Virus record (IMG/VR): IMGVR_UViG_3300027851_000023
Location: 1,331 to 65,330 of that record
Length of the DNA: 64,000 nt
Strand: one strand, 5' to 3'
Source: a virus
Taxonomy: Duplodnaviria > Caudoviricetes
Below, piece by piece: positions 54,094 through 62,902 of the stretch (its first letter is position 1; each line of letters opens with the position of its first letter). The notes below the pieces were generated by a model. The model was not told where the DNA came from, did not search any database, and worked only from the letters and a program-made list of their open reading frames with translations. The translations under genes and the position numbers were made by a program.

Positions 54094-54516
54094 TTAGACC
54101 GACAGGGTCTTCGGGCGACGGACGACGATCTGCGTCGGCGAGGGAGCGCCATTGAACGCGGCGAACTTCTCGGCTTCGGTGTCGTAGGACGCCGGCCAGT
54201 TCAGCTTGTCGGGGTTGACCACGCCCGAGCGGTAGATGGGAGCCCCGATGTAGCTGGAGCCGGACGGGCTGGCGATGGCCGCGACCGTGAAGCCGATGGC
54301 CTGGGTGGTGCCCGAGACAGCCGGGACGATGCGACCCGAGCCGTCGAAGCCAACCGGCGTATAGGCCGGAATGGTCTGCGATGCAGCGACGATCAGATCC
54401 TGGGTCAGAGGGGCGGGGTAGTCGCCAGTCCACAGGGGAATGTCGACGGCCGTGATGTCTTCGCTCCACTGAGCCGGGACGCCAGCGCCCGCCGAACGAT
54501 CGGTGATGTTGACCAT
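54094..54516 (-). CDS. Head decoration protein (gpD-like)
   Basis: Y.SG.VNPD.L.WP motif; between protease and capsid genes. Confidence 0.8.
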   Translation of the reverse strand: MVNITDRSAGAGVPAQWSEDITAVDIPLWTGDYPAPLTQDLIVAASQTIPAYTPVGFDGSGRIVPAVSGTTQAIGFTVAAIASPSGSSYIGAPIYRSGVVNPDKLNWPASYDTEAEKFAAFNGAPSPTQIVVRRPKTLSV

Positions 54517-54552
54517 GGTGGTCGTTCCTTATTCGAGAGGGATGATCGGGGG

Positions 54553-55863
54553 TTAGGCGGCCTTGGGACGCTTGTGACCGCGCAGGGCGAAGACGGAGTC
54601 GGCCTTGGAAGCCTTCTCACCGTTGCCGTCGTCGCCTTCACCGCCTTCGCCCAGGTTGGGGTTTTCAGTGCGGTTCATGGCATCCGCGAAAGCGTTGCCC
54701 ACGCCGGCACCGGAAGCCTGGGGAGCGGCCTCGGTGGGCAGGTCGGCGAGAACGGCGGTCGTTGATTCGGCATCCATGCCGCCCTTCAGGGCCAGCGACA
54801 GGGCGGCCTTCGGACGATCCTTGGCTTCGTCCGATGCCAGAATGGCGCTGATGCGGGCACGCTCGGCGGTTGCGCCTTCGGTGCGAGCGGCGGCCAGGGC
54901 CGTCGCGTGGTCGGCAGTGGCCTTGGCCACGGCGCTGTCGATGTCGGCCTGGGTGAGATCGGCCATGGTCTCGTCTCCTTCTTGAGGGTTGAGGCTGGCC
55001 GAGAAGTCAGCCAGGGCGTCGTCGAACGGGCCGATCTTGTCAGCCAGTCCGATCGACAGTGCTTCCGGGGCGCTGTAGGTCAGGGCTTCGGTGTCCCGAA
55101 CCGCCTGCTCATCCAGTCCCCTATTCCGCGCCACGCAGGCGACGAAAATGCTGTAGATGTCGTCGATGCGCGCCTGGATGCGCGCCTTCACGTCGTCGGG
55201 CAGGGCGGCGTACGGATTGCCGTCGACCTTGTGCTTGCCGGCGTAGATGAAGGTGATCGAATATCCGGCCTGCTCCATCGCCTTCGACACGTCGAAGTGG
55301 GACGTGACGACGCCAACCGATCCGACGCCGCCTGTGCGGCTGACCGTGACCTCATCGGACGTGCTGATGATCGAGTATCCAGCCGAATAGGCGCTCTCAT
55401 GCGCGTAGCCGCGCACGGGTTTGCGGTTCGGATAGTCCCGCATCTTGTCGCAGAGTTCGAAGTTGCCCGCGACCATGCCGCCGGGCGTGTCGCAGACCAG
55501 GGCGATCCCCTTCACTTCGGGGTCGCGCTGACCACGCTCGAACGCGCGCCAGATGTATTGATACCCGGTCGCCCAGGAACCGAAGTTGTAGGAGAAGTCG
55601 TTCAGCAGAACGCCCTTCACCGGGATCAGCAGAACGCCGTCCTTGACGACATAGGGACGGTAGGCCGCGCGCCAGTCGTCCGGCGCGAACCAGAAGCCGT
55701 CCGTATCCATCTTCGGCTGATCGGTGGCGGCGTCGATCCGCGACTGGATCTGCGACGCCTGCTGCAGACACGCAGCGAACATCAGTTGCGCTTCGGGTGC
55801 GACCAGGACGGGCTCGTTGTTCTGGAAGCGAGCGGCGAAGGGGTTGGCGTTGGTCAGGCTCAC
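54553..55863 (-). CDS. Head maturation protease (S49) with scaffold C-terminus
   Basis: DTPGG, AYSAGY, GSVGVV, AGKHKVDGNPY. Confidence 0.9.
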   Translation of the reverse strand: MSLTNANPFAARFQNNEPVLVAPEAQLMFAACLQQASQIQSRIDAATDQPKMDTDGFWFAPDDWRAAYRPYVVKDGVLLIPVKGVLLNDFSYNFGSWATGYQYIWRAFERGQRDPEVKGIALVCDTPGGMVAGNFELCDKMRDYPNRKPVRGYAHESAYSAGYSIISTSDEVTVSRTGGVGSVGVVTSHFDVSKAMEQAGYSITFIYAGKHKVDGNPYAALPDDVKARIQARIDDIYSIFVACVARNRGLDEQAVRDTEALTYSAPEALSIGLADKIGPFDDALADFSASLNPQEGDETMADLTQADIDSAVAKATADHATALAAARTEGATAERARISAILASDEAKDRPKAALSLALKGGMDAESTTAVLADLPTEAAPQASGAGVGNAFADAMNRTENPNLGEGGEGDDGNGEKASKADSVFALRGHKRPKAA

Positions 55864-57524
55864 GATTCACGCTCCTGCGGTGTGCCGCTGAGGGCGTTCT
55901 CGGCGTCGCTCATGGCCATGGAGAAGACCGACGGAATATCGAGTTCAGAGTCGTTCGCCATCTCGCGAGCGATCTGACGCGAGACCATTCGCCAGTCGCC
56001 GCCATGAAGACGCGCGATGACGTTTTCCTTGGTGTTCAGCCCGTTCTTGAGTTGCAGCACGAGGGCCTGCGTCTCTTTCAGGGGTTCGATCAGACCTGCG
56101 CCCGCGCCGATCCAGTCGCAGTTCGAATAGGCTTCGGCGTTCAGGCCCTCGTAGAAGGACGGGACCACGCGACGCTTCAACGTCTCGAGTTGGTTGGCGT
56201 TGATCTGTTCTTCCAGCCACAGGCGATAGGCGAAGTTGGCCGTGCGATCGGCCACGCGTTTCTTGCGCGACGCCAGGTGCTTCTCGGTCTCGCCGCGGCT
56301 GGCGCGGGCTGACGAATAGTTCGTCTGGCTGTAGTCGCGCGAAAGCTGCTCGTAGCTGACGTTCAGCGCCGAGGCGACGTAGCGCAGCACTGACTGCTCG
56401 AACTTGTCGCCTGCCGGGCTCTCGGCACCGGGGTTCTTCAGGTTCAGCTTCGTGCCGGGCATGAAGACCGGTATCTTCACGCCATCGATCGTCAGGTTCT
56501 TGGACGCACCGGAGTATTCCTGGATCGCGGCCAGATACTCGCGCATCCACTCGATCGAGGGGTTCGCAGACTGGTCGTTCCCGCCCATCGAACGGAAAAT
56601 GTCGGCGGCCGGCAGTTCGGATTCGATGCTGGCGGCGTAGGTGGCGGCCAGGACGGCGCGCTGAAGTTCAACCTTGCGGAAGCCTTTCAGCATCTTCATC
56701 TCGGACAGGGCCGCTGCCATGCCGCTGATGCCGCGCGACTGGTCCGGCCGCATCTGCTCGTAGATGTGCAGGATCTGCGGGCGACCCCAGGGCTTGCGGG
56801 CCATGACCCGCTTCCAGATGTAGGATTGCGGGTTGGTGAAGTCGGAGGGATGGCCCATCCGAATGTGGTAGGCGATCGGCGCACCGCGCATGTCGCGCTC
56901 GACGCCGCGGCGAATCTTGTTGGACCGCCACTGATTGAACGGATTGCTCAGACGATCCGTGTCGACCATCTGGATCGCCGTGCGGCAGGGACGGCCGTCG
57001 TTCGGCATCCATTCCGCCGAGGCCAGCACTTCGCCGCCCGCCAGGTCTACGCCCACGGCCAGTCGGACGATGTCGGTCAGGGTCTTGACGCGCTGCGCGT
57101 CCAGCCAGCACTCGGGGCTCTCGGCCGTCAGGTGGAAGCGGGTCTCGACTTCCTCCTGGTATTCTTCTTCCCAGACCGGATCGCGCTTGCCGAACAGCAC
57201 CGCCGACATCGGCTTGGCGTTTAGCAGATAGGTCGCGCCGACGATGTTGTCCTTGTGCAGCGTGCTCGCGCCCTGGATATGGGCGTCGTTCCGCAGCATG
57301 TCGCGCACACGGGCATCGACGGTCGGCTTCTCGGGCAGGATTTCGGCGTCGGCCGAACGGATCGACGGCGCCCACAGCGCCAACTGGTCGAAGGTGCTCG
57401 AGCCCTCATAGGCCGCATCGCCCCCCACCGCGACCGCCGACACGGCGGGGGGCGCGACTGCATCGACCAGGGCGGGGGAGGCACCGGTGTCGAGCAGTTC
57501 TGCAAGGTCCGACGGAATATCCAT
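55860..57524 (-). CDS. Portal protein, lambda family
   Basis: RPDQSRG, YEQLSRDYSQTNYSSARA, IEPLKE. Confidence 0.92.
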   Translation of the reverse strand: MDIPSDLAELLDTGASPALVDAVAPPAVSAVAVGGDAAYEGSSTFDQLALWAPSIRSADAEILPEKPTVDARVRDMLRNDAHIQGASTLHKDNIVGATYLLNAKPMSAVLFGKRDPVWEEEYQEEVETRFHLTAESPECWLDAQRVKTLTDIVRLAVGVDLAGGEVLASAEWMPNDGRPCRTAIQMVDTDRLSNPFNQWRSNKIRRGVERDMRGAPIAYHIRMGHPSDFTNPQSYIWKRVMARKPWGRPQILHIYEQMRPDQSRGISGMAAALSEMKMLKGFRKVELQRAVLAATYAASIESELPAADIFRSMGGNDQSANPSIEWMREYLAAIQEYSGASKNLTIDGVKIPVFMPGTKLNLKNPGAESPAGDKFEQSVLRYVASALNVSYEQLSRDYSQTNYSSARASRGETEKHLASRKKRVADRTANFAYRLWLEEQINANQLETLKRRVVPSFYEGLNAEAYSNCDWIGAGAGLIEPLKETQALVLQLKNGLNTKENVIARLHGGDWRMVSRQIAREMANDSELDIPSVFSMAMSDAENALSGTPQERES

Positions 57525-57736
57525 CAGACGAACATCGGACGCATGGGCCCGCTCATCGGCGTGGTGCCGGCGATCTCGGCTTTCAGGTCCGAGATGTATG
57601 CACGCAGACGGCTGACATTGGCGGTCGTATAGGTGACGCTTTCACCGTTCGAGTCCTGAACACGCTGAATGCCTCGACCCGTGAGGATTGAGTGCAGCGC
57701 GGCTTCGGCTTCGACCAGTCGTTCGGCAGCAGTCAT
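57524..57736 (-). CDS. Head-tail adaptor (gpW-like)
   Basis: L.EAEAALH..LTG...DSNGESVTYT.AN...L..YI..L. Confidence 0.85.
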   Translation of the reverse strand: MTAAERLVEAEAALHSILTGRGIQRVQDSNGESVTYTTANVSRLRAYISDLKAEIAGTTPMSGPMRPMFV

Positions 57737-57831
57737 GCGCGGATGGGCCCTCGGGGAAATCCCGACACCCTATTACGCCGCAAACGCTACAACTTTCAAG
57801 TCAAACGCGACTTTCTACTTTCTATTGAAAG

Positions 57832-59955
57832 TCAGGTCAAGTCTTTGGCCAGGTCGGCGAAAGACTTCCTGGGCTTCGCGGGCTCGATCAGACCGGCGGT
57901 TGCCTTGGGATCGAAGACCATGTCGTTCTCATCCCAGGGTGCGGCCCAGGACGGCGGTTTATCCCAGTCGATCCGATCCCAGCGGAAGACGACCCAGGGG
58001 GCGTTTGTCGCGATGTCCGGCGGACGGATGGCGACCGCGACGGCATAGTAGGCCAGATCCCACGCTTCGTTGCGGCGCTGGCGTGGGTTTTCCCAGCCCT
58101 TCGCCGTACGGATTTCGGTCGTCATCTGCGCGTAGAACCACTCGGGCATCCACTTCGGATAGCGCAGCATCCCGCCGCCCGGCTCGGCCTGATCGACACG
58201 GCGCGCGAGCATCAGGTCCACAGTGTCTTTCAGGCCATTCGACTGCAGCCGCAGCACCGGCACGTCACCACGCACCGGGCTATCCTTGTCCTTATGCTGC
58301 TGGTCCGGCCAGGAGACGGCGGTGCGCGGGGCCTTGGGCGATCCGTCGCCCTTCAGCAGAAGCACGCGGCGGTGCAGACCCTCGCCGCCGTCCCGCAGGC
58401 GTCGCCACCAGGCATAGGCGTTCGTGGTGAAACCCTCGCGGCCGGCACTGTCCGAGCCTGTCGCGCGGATCGACATCATCCGCCCGGTCGCGTCGTCCAC
58501 GGGATAGGACTTGCGAACCACTTCCTCGGTGATCCGGTCCCAGTCCTCGGCATAGGCGGCGGGATTGATCATCTCGCGTTCACCGTCGGCGTTCAGGCGG
58601 GCCGAGCGGGTGATCTTGAAACCGTCGATGACGACGATGTCCTTCTCGGCCGTGAAGCCGTGAACCTGGACGACGAACGCCCGCGCCTGAACGTCTACGG
58701 TCGCGATCAGGAAGCGGACCCCGCGAGGCACGGTCGGGCTGTCTTCGGTCGAACCCCAGTCCTCGGCCCTGTTCTTCATGTCTTCCGGCGCCCGCTCCGA
58801 CAGCCGCGACTTGGCGATATAGAACTCGCCCTGGTCGGTCGTGATCGTCTTGCGCAGCGGCAGTTCGTCCCCGGTGTCATCGTATTCCTGCTCGGCACGC
58901 AGGTAGTTGAGCACGATCTTGTCCCAGTCCTGGAAGATCGCAGCGGGCCCCTTCATCCAGAACGAAGCGATGTCGGAGCGGGCCACACGCTCCCCGTTGA
59001 TCTGGACGATGTCTCGGCTCTCGGGACGCCAGACCATGCCGTCCTTGACCCACCGACCGCCGCTGTTCAGTTCTTCCTTATGGCCCGGAACCATGTCGAA
59101 CTGGCAGTGTGGGCACCGCAGCGTGACCATCTCGGCCGCTTCCATGTGGTCGGTGCTCTTGGGATAGTTGAACAGTTTGAAAGACGGCTCGAAACTGGCG
59201 TGGCAGGAGGGACATTCCCAGTACCAGCGCCGCCTGTCGCCGCGGTTGTAGAGCGAGAAGATGCCCTTGATCGGCGGGGCCTCATGAGGCGTTTTCGGAC
59301 GCCACTTGGGATCGGCGATTTCCTTGTCCGGGTTGGGTGAGGACTCGGCCACGGTCATGCGGAAGCGCTTGAACGATTCGCCGCGCTTGTCGGTCAGGTC
59401 GAACGCGTTGCCTTCACCGTCGATGTTATCTTCGATCCGGTCGTAGTCCATGATGAAGTTGATGCGGACAGTCTTGCCGGACAGGTTGGTCGCCGTCGGC
59501 CAGCTGATGATCAGGTTCATCCCCGAGATGAACGCCTTGTCGAAGGTGTTGTCGTTCTGCCGGCCGGGCTTCAGCAGGGCGCCGATTTCCTTGCTGTCCC
59601 GCAGCATCTTGCCCAGTTCGCGTTTCGACCAGTCCCGCCCCGTGTGTTGGGTCATGTGAACGATCTGCAGGTCAGTCGGGTCGGTCTTGGCCGTGTGGGC
59701 GACCAGGTTGAGCGCCATCTGGGATTTCAGCGAGCGGGCCGGGCCGACGAAGATGACGCCTGTGAAATCCAGGCTCGTCATCAGTTCCTGCGGCTCGACG
59801 ATGTAGGGAGCCTTCTTCTCGGACCAGTAGCCGACGTAAGACCCAGGTTGGCGGATGAAGACATACTTCTTCGCCGCCTCGACGACGTTCAGCCGCTCGT
59901 TGGGCCGAGCCGCTTCGAAGGTCTGGGCGACCATTTGCTCGATCGAGGCGAACAT
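57832..59955 (-). CDS. terL: Terminase large subunit (GpA family)
   Basis: GPARSLKS, DYDR, ESSP, GDRRRWYWECPSC, ATVDVQ, RNEAWDL. Confidence 0.92.
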   Translation of the reverse strand: MFASIEQMVAQTFEAARPNERLNVVEAAKKYVFIRQPGSYVGYWSEKKAPYIVEPQELMTSLDFTGVIFVGPARSLKSQMALNLVAHTAKTDPTDLQIVHMTQHTGRDWSKRELGKMLRDSKEIGALLKPGRQNDNTFDKAFISGMNLIISWPTATNLSGKTVRINFIMDYDRIEDNIDGEGNAFDLTDKRGESFKRFRMTVAESSPNPDKEIADPKWRPKTPHEAPPIKGIFSLYNRGDRRRWYWECPSCHASFEPSFKLFNYPKSTDHMEAAEMVTLRCPHCQFDMVPGHKEELNSGGRWVKDGMVWRPESRDIVQINGERVARSDIASFWMKGPAAIFQDWDKIVLNYLRAEQEYDDTGDELPLRKTITTDQGEFYIAKSRLSERAPEDMKNRAEDWGSTEDSPTVPRGVRFLIATVDVQARAFVVQVHGFTAEKDIVVIDGFKITRSARLNADGEREMINPAAYAEDWDRITEEVVRKSYPVDDATGRMMSIRATGSDSAGREGFTTNAYAWWRRLRDGGEGLHRRVLLLKGDGSPKAPRTAVSWPDQQHKDKDSPVRGDVPVLRLQSNGLKDTVDLMLARRVDQAEPGGGMLRYPKWMPEWFYAQMTTEIRTAKGWENPRQRRNEAWDLAYYAVAVAIRPPDIATNAPWVVFRWDRIDWDKPPSWAAPWDENDMVFDPKATAGLIEPAKPRKSFADLAKDLT

Positions 59956-60716
59956 CAGGCGAGCATGTCTTCCAGGTCGTCGCCATCATCATAGTCACCG
60001 ATGGCGTCGAGTTCGTTCTGCTCGATCTCACCGTCCAGTTCGGTGATCGTGCTCTGGGTCCGCCGCTTCCTGGGCATCTTGATCAGTTTCTTGGTGATCT
60101 CATCCTGCAGATCGGAAACGCTGGCGGTCAGCGCCTCGTATTGCTCGGCAGTCATCATGTCCTTGCCGGGCAGGTTCTCGATCCAAAGCTGCATGGCGTC
60201 CTTCATGGTCATGGCCACGTCGCCCAGGACCGCGAGCACGTCTTCGTCCTTCCAGGTGTGCCGGGCGCGTTCTTCCCACCGCTGCTTGGCCAGTTTGGCG
60301 TCCCAGAACATCTTGTTCAGGTGCGGGGGGATGTTGTTGCCGTTCAGGCTCGACAGGTAGTCCATCAGGTCCACCTTCGGGGGGACCAGATAGGAGGCGG
60401 CCGTGACGAAGTCCCACAGAGGGACCGGGCGGTTCTGGTGCGTGCCCCATTCCATGACCGGGCACTTCCGAAGCGCCTTGTGGATCGCCCGCTGCTCCTT
60501 GCGGAACACATCGGCCAGGAACTTCACGCCGACCGGGCGATAGAACATCCCCTTGTCCGGCAGTTCGATCTTGCCGTCAGCCTCGCCAGCCGCCCGAGCC
60601 GCGATCTTGGCAGCCGCTTCCTCTCGCGTCGGTCGACCCCGACGACCCTTCACGGGCACGATCGTCTTCGAAACGACGTCGGTATCGATGTCTAGAAAGT
60701 CCAGGTCGTCGATCAT
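59955..60716 (-). CDS. terS: Terminase small subunit (DUF1441-like)
   Basis: Coupled upstream of terL; PP.L.K.FWD......WE......W motif. Confidence 0.75.
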   Translation of the reverse strand: MIDDLDFLDIDTDVVSKTIVPVKGRRGRPTREEAAAKIAARAAGEADGKIELPDKGMFYRPVGVKFLADVFRKEQRAIHKALRKCPVMEWGTHQNRPVPLWDFVTAASYLVPPKVDLMDYLSSLNGNNIPPHLNKMFWDAKLAKQRWEERARHTWKDEDVLAVLGDVAMTMKDAMQLWIENLPGKDMMTAEQYEALTASVSDLQDEITKKLIKMPRKRRTQSTITELDGEIEQNELDAIGDYDDGDDLEDMLA

Positions 60717-60916
60717 CCCAGGATCTCCGACAGGTCGGACGGATAGCCCAGGACGGCGGCGACCCAGGCATCAATCTCTGCTTCGGCCCAGACCGTGACT
60801 CGGCTGCTGAGTTTGCGCCGGGCCGGAAAATCGCCCCGCTTCTCTCGCCGATAGATTTCCGTTTTCGACAGCCCGGTCTTCGACTTGACGGCGGGGAGAC
60901 GAAGCAGGCCGGGCAT
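60713..60916 (-). CDS. alpA: AlpA-family regulator / excisionase
   Basis: LLRLPAVKSKTGLSKTEIYR....GDFP..RKLS.R...W...EI..W. Confidence 0.9.
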   Translation of the reverse strand: MPGLLRLPAVKSKTGLSKTEIYRREKRGDFPARRKLSSRVTVWAEAEIDAWVAAVLGYPSDLSEILG

Positions 60917-60987
60917 CTGTGGTTCTCACTGGGTCAAACGAGACCTAGCGGATAATCACTTCTAATGTGAAAGACAACCCGGAAAGT

Positions 60988-62172
60988 TCACCCGAGCAGG
61001 TCGGCCAGGTCGTCCTGACGAAGAAGCCACGCGGAATACCATTCCATCATCGCGCGCCGCTGCGGCATCCAGCGGGCGTTGTTGTAGGCGCTGCGGACCT
61101 TGTTGGAAGGAACGTGGGCTAACTGGCGCTCGATCCAGTCCTCCTGAAAGAGCGTGCTTTCGTTCAGCACGGTCGAGGCCAGAGAGCGGAACCCGTGAAT
61201 GGTCGCGCGATGATGATAGCCCATTCGATAGAGCGCGTAGAGCATGGTGTTCTCAGAAATCGGTTTGCCCCGCACGCCGGGCAGAACCCAGTGACTGTCG
61301 CCGGCAATGACCTTGAGTTGGGCAAGCAGTCCCTGGACATGAGGCGTCAGCGGAACGATGTGCTCCCGGCCCATCTTCATCCGTTCGGCCGGCACCCGCC
61401 AGATGTCCTTTTCGATCTCGGACCACTGCGCCATTCGCATCTCACTGGTGCGAACGAAGGTGTGCATCACGACCTCGACGGCAAGACGGGTCTGCTTTTC
61501 ACCGTCATAGGCGCGCAGTTTGATCAGGAACTCAGGAACGTCTGCGACCTTCAAACTGGCCTGGTGCTGGACCCTGGGCGCGGGCTTCAGCGCACCGACC
61601 AGATCCGCGGCCGGATTGCGCTGCGCCTTGCCGCACGCGATGGCGTAGCCGAAAATCTGACTGACGTTCTGCAGGGACCGCTTGGCCATGTCGATCGCCC
61701 CGCGGCCTTCGACCTTTCGAATGGCCGCCAGAACGTCTTGGGCACCGATGTCTTCGATCGGCGACTCGCCCAGGTCAGGGAAGACGTCGCGCTCGAGCCG
61801 ACGCCGCACGCGTTCAAAGTGCGGGAGGGCCCATCGCACCTTCATGCCATCCAGCCATTCGTCGGCGACGGCCTGAAAGGTCGGTCGGTTGTCCGGGGCC
61901 TGCTCCGCAACCGCCTTGGCCCTCGGTGACGGGTCTTTGCCGTCAGCCAGTTCCTTCCGCGCGGCTGCCCGTCGTTCGCGGGCCTCGGCCAACATGACGT
62001 CGGGGTAGGCACCCAGGCTGATCGTCTTCTGCCTGCCCTCGAACCGATAGGACAGGCGCCAGAGCCGGGCACCGTTGGGCTGGACCAGTAGGTGCATCCC
62101 CGCGCCGTCGGTCATTTTGTAGGCGGTCGCTCGGCCACGGGCGTTCTTGCAGGCGGTGTCGGTCAGCGGCAT
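60988..62172 (-). CDS. int: Tyrosine integrase, P4-like
   Basis: Arm-binding N-terminus (YKMTDGAGM.L.V.P.G...W), VRTSE, RMKM..EH.VPL, HGFR, QLAH, AYN. Confidence 0.93.
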   Translation of the reverse strand: MPLTDTACKNARGRATAYKMTDGAGMHLLVQPNGARLWRLSYRFEGRQKTISLGAYPDVMLAEARERRAAARKELADGKDPSPRAKAVAEQAPDNRPTFQAVADEWLDGMKVRWALPHFERVRRRLERDVFPDLGESPIEDIGAQDVLAAIRKVEGRGAIDMAKRSLQNVSQIFGYAIACGKAQRNPAADLVGALKPAPRVQHQASLKVADVPEFLIKLRAYDGEKQTRLAVEVVMHTFVRTSEMRMAQWSEIEKDIWRVPAERMKMGREHIVPLTPHVQGLLAQLKVIAGDSHWVLPGVRGKPISENTMLYALYRMGYHHRATIHGFRSLASTVLNESTLFQEDWIERQLAHVPSNKVRSAYNNARWMPQRRAMMEWYSAWLLRQDDLADLLG

Positions 62173-62173
62173 T

Positions 62174-62419
62174 TGTTGGTATCCCGGCAAGTCCGGGGAC
62201 AATACCAACAGGCCCTACCAACACAAGTGCGGGCTCCTATGGTCCGGCTTGGTCCAAACAAAAGCCCGATTTTCCGAAAAATGCCAGTCGCAACGGGTGT
62301 TTGCGGATCGCGCTGGTTCTTTCTGGTCCAAACGGTGAAGGGGAATGGTGCCGGTTGCAGGAACCACAGTGTTTGAAAAGGCATCACAATCCGGTGCGCT
62401 ACCAACGAAACTACCAACA
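62174..62419. other. attP with a tRNA-3'-end core and arm repeats
   Basis: Core 62346-62363 is the reverse complement of TTCCTGCAACCGGCACCA; TACCAAC(A/G) arm repeats at 62174 (inverted), 62203, 62216, 62400, 62412. Confidence 0.8.
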
Positions 62420-62499
62420 CAAAAACGGGCTGCGGATAGTGCCAGTTTGGACCAGCAGGTGCCGTGTGCTATTCATCAACCCGGTGCTGTGAGGGGTCA

Positions 62500-62829
62500 A
62501 TGGGAAAGCCGGGCTTCAACATTCTGGTCGCAGTGGCGGTCATCGGGGTCTGCGTTTGGGTCTCGCAGTGTGTCGATTTCGACACGAGCGATGCCCGCTC
62601 TGCTAAATCCCAGGTCGATACTGCCGGCCTTCGGACCCAGGCAGCCGATGTCGTCAGGGCCGCTGGCTATTGGTGCGATCCGCCGACTGAGTTGCGTGAG
62701 GGCCTTTGGGGCCAGTCCGCCAATCGCACGGCCTATGTCCTGGTCTGCGACGATGGGGCCGACCGGTTCGCGCGCTACGAGATCGCCATGAATCCGACAA
62801 CGGGCGCTGGCTCGGTTCGACCGCTCTGA
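62500..62829 (+). CDS. Membrane-anchored / exported protein
   Basis: GAGGGG RBS, N-terminal hydrophobic segment, paired Cys. Confidence 0.65.
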   Translation: MGKPGFNILVAVAVIGVCVWVSQCVDFDTSDARSAKSQVDTAGLRTQAADVVRAAGYWCDPPTELREGLWGQSANRTAYVLVCDDGADRFARYEIAMNPTTGAGSVRPL

Positions 62830-62847
62830 TGAATGTCGGATTCCGCG

Positions 62848-62896
62848 TTGACAGGGCTGCGATGCGGCCTATAAATGACTTTCACTTTAGAAGTGA
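62848..62896 (+). promoter_or_regulatory. Sigma70-type promoter with operator
   Basis: TTGACA...TATAAAT followed by a perfect TCAC-tttagaa-GTGA (62882-62896). Confidence 0.7.
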
Positions 62897-62902
62897 CTTT
62901 CG

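Noticed and set aside
53050-54765. 571-aa plus-strand ORF, and similar long ones at 37741..39201, 47146..48456, 49623..51161, 2299..3261
   Set aside because: Antisense shadows of clear structural or replication genes, expected from high-GC codon bias; no recognisable motifs.
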